In this document: positions 38,777-43,148 of the stretch, in pieces
Layout of the letters: each line of letters opens with the position of its first letter
Numbering within the stretch: position 1 is the stretch's first letter
Origin: an uncultured Planctomycetia bacterium
GTDB lineage: Bacteria > Omnitrophota > Gorgyraeia > 2-02-FULL-51-18
Length of the DNA stretch: 43,148 nucleotides
Assembly (NCBI GenBank): GCA_964503765.1
Contig: CAZDBQ010000131.1
Coordinates: 1-43,148 of the forward strand
Direction: 5' to 3'
Program-made: the position numbers and the translations under genes
Notes under the pieces: model-generated
What the model was told of the DNA's origin: nothing
Databases searched by the model: none
The model's input: only the letters and a program-made list of their open reading frames with translations

Positions 38777-38859
38777 GCGGGTGACGCGAGTGGTGGTAGC
38801 CTACATGGTGCAAGGGCTACACTTGCGCCGTGTAGGCTCCACGAAGCGGCAGGACCCGC
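38777..38859 (+). other. Extended 83-nt stem-loop in the trpS-scpA spacer (function unknown)
   Basis: A contiguous 17-bp helix (38798-38814 pairing with 38822-38838, including 2 G-U pairs) closes the 7-nt loop ggctaca. It extends by 4 bp (38793-38796 / 38839-38842) and by an outer 6 bp (gcgggt 38777-38782 / acccgc 38854-38859). No U-tract follows. Confidence 0.4.
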
Positions 38860-38881
38860 GAGAACAAGGTAACTAATTGCT

Positions 38882-39643
38882 ATGAGCTATAAAGTTAAGC
38901 TGGAAGTATTTGAAGGCCCTCTAGACCTTCTCCTTTATTTGATTAAGAAGGAGGAGTTGAATATTTATGATATTCCGATTACTCGGATTACGGAGCAATA
39001 CCTGGAATATCTGAATTTGATGGAGCTATTGGATCTGGACGTCGCCGGAGAGTTCTTGTTGATGGCCGCGACGCTGATGCAAATCAAGTCCAAGATGCTA
39101 CTGCCGCCAGACACGACGGATGAGGAAGCGCAGGAGTTAGACCCGCGCGCCGAGCTTGTTCGTAGGCTCCTGGAGTACAAGGCGTTCAAGGACGCGGCGG
39201 GCCAGCTGCGAAATTTTGAGGAGAAGCGGAGCGGTATTTTTTCACGTTTCGGGGTGGAGCCCGAAATTGACGGGGGAGACAGCCCGTTCTTCGAGGGCTC
39301 GCTCTTTGATCTTATTTCAGCCTTCTCGAAGATTTTAAAGAATCTTCCCAAGGAAAATTTTCATCAAATTAACAAGGATGAATTTACGGTGGCCGAAAAG
39401 GTCCATGAGATATTTCACCGTCTGGTTAAAGAGCCCATGATTTATTTTAGCGATCTTTTTAAACAGGCCAAGAATAAATTTGAGGTGATTACCACTTTTC
39501 TAGCCGTTTTGGAATTGATCCGATTAAAAGAGATAGCCACTAGTCAGATAAATCACTTTGGTGAGATCGAGATATCAAGAAACATCAGGATGCCGGAACA
39601 CCTGAATACCCGTGTCCCCGAAGCAGCACCTGACACTAATTAA
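38882..39643 (+). CDS. scpA: Segregation and condensation protein A (kleisin)
   Basis: The N-terminus is KLEVFEGPLDLLLYLIKKEELNIYDIPI and the C-terminal winged-helix region is FLAVLELIRLKEI. Confidence 0.9.
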   Translation: MSYKVKLEVFEGPLDLLLYLIKKEELNIYDIPITRITEQYLEYLNLMELLDLDVAGEFLLMAATLMQIKSKMLLPPDTTDEEAQELDPRAELVRRLLEYKAFKDAAGQLRNFEEKRSGIFSRFGVEPEIDGGDSPFFEGSLFDLISAFSKILKNLPKENFHQINKDEFTVAEKVHEIFHRLVKEPMIYFSDLFKQAKNKFEVITTFLAVLELIRLKEIATSQINHFGEIEISRNIRMPEHLNTRVPEAAPDTN

Positions 39644-40301
39644 GGAGACCTCTTTGGACCAAGATGAGTTAAAATACGCAATTGAAGCGCTCCTGTTCGC
39701 AAGCGAGCGGCCGCTTAAGGTGGATGAAATAAAGCAGGCTTTTTCCACCGAGGGTGGGTCCGGTTCCGCGGACGAGGAGAAGGTTGAGGCTGCGGATATC
39801 GAGAAGAGGCTTCAGGCCTTGAAGGCTGATTATGAAACACAGCACCGCGGATTCAAGCTTTTTCAAATCGCTGGCGGCTGGCAGCTGGTGACGGATGAGA
39901 GATTTGCCTCGTATCTAAAAAAGTTTTACCAGTCCCGCGAGAAGAAACGCTTATCACAGGCGAGCCTTGAGACGCTTTCAGTGGTCGCCTACAAACAGCC
40001 CGCTACGAGGGCGGATATTGAATTTATTAGAGGGGTCAACGTCGACGGCGCCCTTAAAACACTTTTGGAAAAGGGGCTGGTACGGATCGCGGGCAGGAAA
40101 GAAGTGCCGGGGCGGCCGATGCTCTATGGGACTACCCAGGAGTTTTTGGAACATTTTGGGCTGAGCTCTATTAAGGAGTTACCCGCGTTGAACGAATACA
40201 CCGAAAAGGATATCGCGGACCATCTTTTGCCGCCCGAGATGAAAGAAGCCGAGGCTATTCAAGAGAAAGTGGAGGAAGGAGCAACCGATGAGCGTCAATA
40301 A
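39612..40301 (+). CDS. scpB: Segregation and condensation protein B
   Basis: Motifs are AIEALLFASERPL and SLETLSVVAYKQPATRADIEFIRGV. The GTG at 39612 overlaps scpA. The in-frame TTG at 39654, with AAGGAG 6-7 nt upstream, is a plausible alternative start. Confidence 0.85.
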   Translation: MSPKQHLTLIKETSLDQDELKYAIEALLFASERPLKVDEIKQAFSTEGGSGSADEEKVEAADIEKRLQALKADYETQHRGFKLFQIAGGWQLVTDERFASYLKKFYQSREKKRLSQASLETLSVVAYKQPATRADIEFIRGVNVDGALKTLLEKGLVRIAGRKEVPGRPMLYGTTQEFLEHFGLSSIKELPALNEYTEKDIADHLLPPEMKEAEAIQEKVEEGATDERQ

Positions 40302-41364
40302 AGAGCGCAAAGAAGTCGATTCGATTGACAAAAAAATTCTAGGGCTATTAAACCAGCGCGCCAAGGCTTCTCAGAGAATTGGGAAGATAAAGCTGAAAGA
40401 AGGCCAGGGCATCTATTCCCCTGAAAGGGAGAAGGCCGTCCTGGATCGTTTGAAGTCGCTAAATGTCGGGCCCTTAACCCCGCAGGCGATCGAAGCGATT
40501 TACAGGGAAATCATGTCCTCTTCTATTAGTCTTGAGAAAAATGTGAAGATCGCCTATTTGGGCCCGCAGGTGACGTACACGCACCAGGCGGCTCAGAAGA
40601 AATTTGGGGCGTCGGTGGATTACGAGCCCTGCTCGAGCATCTCGGACGTTTTCGCGGATGTGGAAAGAGAGAGGAGCGACTATGGGGTGGTTCCAGTTGA
40701 GAACTCGACTGAAGGGGCCGTGAATCACACGCTCGACATGTTCATGGATTCGGGGCTTAAAATTTATGCCGAGATATTTTTGCCGATTCATCACCATTTG
40801 CTTTCCATCGGAAATCCCTTGAAGAGCATCTCTAAGGTTTATTCGAACCCTCAGGTATTCGGCCAATGCCGTTTATGGCTGGAGTCCAACCTGCGGGGGG
40901 TTGATTTGACAGATACGGCGAGCACCGCTGAGGCCGCGCAAATCGTGGGCAATAACACCAATCGCGAAGGCATCGCCTGTATCGCCAGTCAAATGGCGGC
41001 GAGTGTTTACGGCTTGAAGGTGCTGGCTTCGTCCATCGAAGACAACCCCAATAACACCACGCGTTTTTTGGTCATGTCACGCAACGAGGCCAAGCCCACC
41101 GAGTCCGATAAAACCTCCATTGTTTTTGAGGTGAAGGACAAGGTAGGCGCGCTCCATGATATCCTGGTTCCGTTCAAGAAAGCGGCTATCAATTTAACTA
41201 AAATAGAATCGCGCCCTTCCAAGAAAAAGGCGTGGAGCTATTTCTTCTTTGTGGACTGCGAAGGCCACCACTTTGAGCCACGCATCGCGAAAGCCCTGAA
41301 GACGTTGGAAGGGCACTGCAATTTCTTTAAGATTTTGGGCTCCTATCCTAAAGCGGATATTTAA
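40288..41364 (+). CDS. pheA: Bifunctional chorismate mutase / prephenate dehydratase (P-protein)
   Basis: The CM domain has IDKKILGLLNQRAKASQRIGKIK. The PDT domain has IAYLGPQVTYTHQAA and NNTTRFLV. The ACT domain has LTKIESRPSKK. Confidence 0.9.
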   Translation: MSVNKERKEVDSIDKKILGLLNQRAKASQRIGKIKLKEGQGIYSPEREKAVLDRLKSLNVGPLTPQAIEAIYREIMSSSISLEKNVKIAYLGPQVTYTHQAAQKKFGASVDYEPCSSISDVFADVERERSDYGVVPVENSTEGAVNHTLDMFMDSGLKIYAEIFLPIHHHLLSIGNPLKSISKVYSNPQVFGQCRLWLESNLRGVDLTDTASTAEAAQIVGNNTNREGIACIASQMAASVYGLKVLASSIEDNPNNTTRFLVMSRNEAKPTESDKTSIVFEVKDKVGALHDILVPFKKAAINLTKIESRPSKKKAWSYFFFVDCEGHHFEPRIAKALKTLEGHCNFFKILGSYPKADI

Positions 41365-42465
41365 ATGGAACTTTTTGCTTCGGCCAGACCCAATCTCCCG
41401 CGGGTAAAGAATTACAAGCCCGGCAAGCCTTTGGAAGAGCTTGAGAGGGAGTATGGTATTCACAACGCCATTAAGATGGCCTCCAATGAGAACGCGCTAG
41501 GGCCTTCGCCCAAGGCGGTCCAGGCTATTCGGAAAAATCTTTCCAAGATTCACCGCTATCCGGATGGCGGATGCTTCTATCTTAGAAATAAACTTTCTAA
41601 GATGCTGGGCGTGTCCACGGACTCGCTTGTGTTTGGCAATGGATCTGACGAAATGCTCGTGCTGGCCGTGCGGGCTTTTGTGGACCCGCAAGACGAGGTG
41701 ATTATCGCCGATCCCACGTTCTTGATTTATGAAATCGCCGTGGAGGCGCAGGGCGGCAAGACAATCAAAGTGCCGATGAAGAATTTCCGTTACGATCTGG
41801 CTGGCATGAAACAGAGAATAAGCCAGAGAACAAAAATTATCTTTATCGCTAATCCCGATAATCCCGTCGGCACCTATGTAGACGAGAAAAGCCTCGTGGG
41901 TTTCCTGAAGGATGTGCCGCGTCGTGTGGTCGTGGTGTTGGATGAGGCCTATTATGAATTCGCGAAGGTTAAAAAGGACTATCCCCATTCGCTCAAGCTT
42001 TTGGAGTCATTTGAAAACCTGCTCATCACAAGAACGTTTTCAAAAGCGTACGGATTGGGCGGTCTTCGGATAGGGTTTGGAATCACTCGAGCCCCGATCG
42101 CCAATGCCTTAAACAAGGTCCGAGAGCCGTTCAACGTTAATCTTCTAGCGCAGGTGGGGGCGGTCGCGGCGCTGGACGATAAGGCGCACCTATCAAAAAC
42201 AATAAAAATGGTGGCGGAGGGCAGGCGGTACCTTACGAGGGAATTGAGAAGGCTAAGCCTGCGGACGGTAGACACTGTCACCAACTTTATCCTGGTAGAC
42301 CTTCAAACGGACGCGCAGGCTCTTTACGAGAAGCTTTTGAGAAAGGGCGTGATTGTGCGCGGAATGGGCGCCTGGGGCCTTAAAAGCTTTATACGTGTGA
42401 CGATTGGCAAGAAAGCGGAGAATGTAAGATTTATAAAGGCATTGAAAGAGAGTCTTCATAATTAA
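41365..42465 (+). CDS. hisC: Histidinol-phosphate / aromatic aminotransferase family enzyme
   Basis: Motifs are NENALGPSP, the PLP-Lys context RTFSKAYGLGGLRIG, and IRVTIG. It lies between pheA and a DAHP synthase gene. Confidence 0.75.
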   Translation: MELFASARPNLPRVKNYKPGKPLEELEREYGIHNAIKMASNENALGPSPKAVQAIRKNLSKIHRYPDGGCFYLRNKLSKMLGVSTDSLVFGNGSDEMLVLAVRAFVDPQDEVIIADPTFLIYEIAVEAQGGKTIKVPMKNFRYDLAGMKQRISQRTKIIFIANPDNPVGTYVDEKSLVGFLKDVPRRVVVVLDEAYYEFAKVKKDYPHSLKLLESFENLLITRTFSKAYGLGGLRIGFGITRAPIANALNKVREPFNVNLLAQVGAVAALDDKAHLSKTIKMVAEGRRYLTRELRRLSLRTVDTVTNFILVDLQTDAQALYEKLLRKGVIVRGMGAWGLKSFIRVTIGKKAENVRFIKALKESLHN

Positions 42466-42477
42466 AGGAGTGAACGA

Positions 42478-43148
42478 ATGATTATCGTATTAAAACCTAA
42501 CGCGACTGAAAAAGAGATCCAGCATGTGGTGGGCAAGATAAAGGAGCTGGGCCTTAAAGCCATGCTTTCCGAGGGCAAGGAACGAACGATTATTGGCGTC
42601 ATTGGCGAGGAAGACAAGGCCAGGCTCCAGCCATTTGAGGCGTTTCCCGGGGTGGAAAGCGTTGTGCCCATTCAGAAGCCTTACAAGTTTGTCTCGCGTG
42701 AATTTAGAAAAGAAAATAGTCTCGTTACGATTGCCCCGGGAGTCCAAGTCGGAGGCGAAAAAATAATCGTGATGGCGGGCCCTTGCACGGTGGAAAGTAA
42801 AGAGCGCCTGATGCGCATCGCCAAAGCTGTTAAGAAGAGCGGGGCTAAGGTCCTGCGGGGAGGAGCCTTCAAGCCGCGTACGTCGCCCTATTCTTTTCAG
42901 GGGTTGGGCGAGAAGGGTATGAAGTTTCTCTATGAAGCCAAAAAGGAAGCCGGAATCCCCATCGTGACGGAGCTGATGGATCCGCGCGACCTGCCGCTAT
43001 TCCTCAAGTACTCAGACGTGATTCAGATTGGTGCAAGGAATATGCAAAACTTTGAGCTCCTGAAGGAAGTGGGTAAAACCAAGAAGCCTGTCCTTTTAAA
43101 AAGAGGCATGGCGAACACGGTCAAGGATTTCCTGTTATCGGCCGAGTA
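42478..43148 (+). CDS. aroF: 3-deoxy-7-phosphoheptulonate (DAHP) synthase, type I-beta with an N-terminal ferredoxin-like regulatory domain (5' partial, runs off the window)
   Basis: This ORF is not in the ORF track because it has no stop inside the window. My own translation from ATG 42478 (AAGGAG 7 nt upstream) reads MIIVLKPNATEKEIQHVVGKIKELGLKA...IIVMAGPCTVES...VLRGGAFKPRTSPYSFQGLGEKG...IQIGARNMQNF...KPVLLKRG. It closely resembles Thermotoga-type DAHP synthase. Confidence 0.85.
   Translation, partial: MIIVLKPNATEKEIQHVVGKIKELGLKAMLSEGKERTIIGVIGEEDKARLQPFEAFPGVESVVPIQKPYKFVSREFRKENSLVTIAPGVQVGGEKIIVMAGPCTVESKERLMRIAKAVKKSGAKVLRGGAFKPRTSPYSFQGLGEKGMKFLYEAKKEAGIPIVTELMDPRDLPLFLKYSDVIQIGARNMQNFELLKEVGKTKKPVLLKRGMANTVKDFLLSAE

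Noticed and set aside
38777-38859. A tRNA or tRNA-like gene in the trpS-scpA spacer, suggested by the terminal 6-bp helix resembling an acceptor stem.
   Set aside because: There is no D-arm or T-arm (GTTCRA-type) signature and no cloverleaf. The sequence folds as one long hairpin instead.

Overview
This 43.1-kb window is a densely packed stretch of a diderm (LPS-making) bacterial chromosome in which every gene I can support lies on the + strand. Most stop and start codons abut or overlap, and only about six intergenic gaps exceed 40 nt. Gene order: dprA (3' fragment), thiS::topA fusion, xerC, then an ~18-kb LPS block, then housekeeping genes. The LPS block is waaA, a 269-nt MITE-like palindrome, lpxK, lpxL::ELM1-like, GT4::GT9, a CE4 deacetylase, GT9, GT9::GT9, DUF3108, hldA, kdsB, pyrG, kdsA, kdsD, kdsC, an lptC/lptA-like gene and lptB. 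The housekeeping genes are hpf, tig, clpP, a class-V aminotransferase, serA, purA, uppS, cdsA, dxr, rseP, proS, rimP, nusA, infB, trpS, scpA, scpB, pheA, hisC and aroF (5' fragment). I see no rRNA, tRNA, CRISPR array, transposase, prophage, or recognisable defence or toxin-antitoxin gene, so this is core genome rather than an accessory island. The unusual content is architectural. (1) A complete ThiS-type ubiquitin-like sulfur carrier is fused in frame, with no stop after its GGG terminus, to topoisomerase I. (2) The LPS-core module is built largely from fusion proteins: LpxL::ELM1/DUF1022, GT4::GT9, and tandem GT9::GT9. It carries four GT9 modules in three ORFs, plus a CE4 deacetylase and a DUF3108 protein. 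(3) A 269-nt imperfect palindrome with perfect 32-bp termini sits between waaA and lpxK and supplies the waaA stop codon. (4) TrpRS carries a Cys4 motif of the Fe-S type. If there is an undescribed system here, my best candidates are the fused LPS-core module (about 5.8-14.6 kb) and the ThiS::TopA fusion. Both are inferences from domain recognition by eye and need HMM or structure searches.
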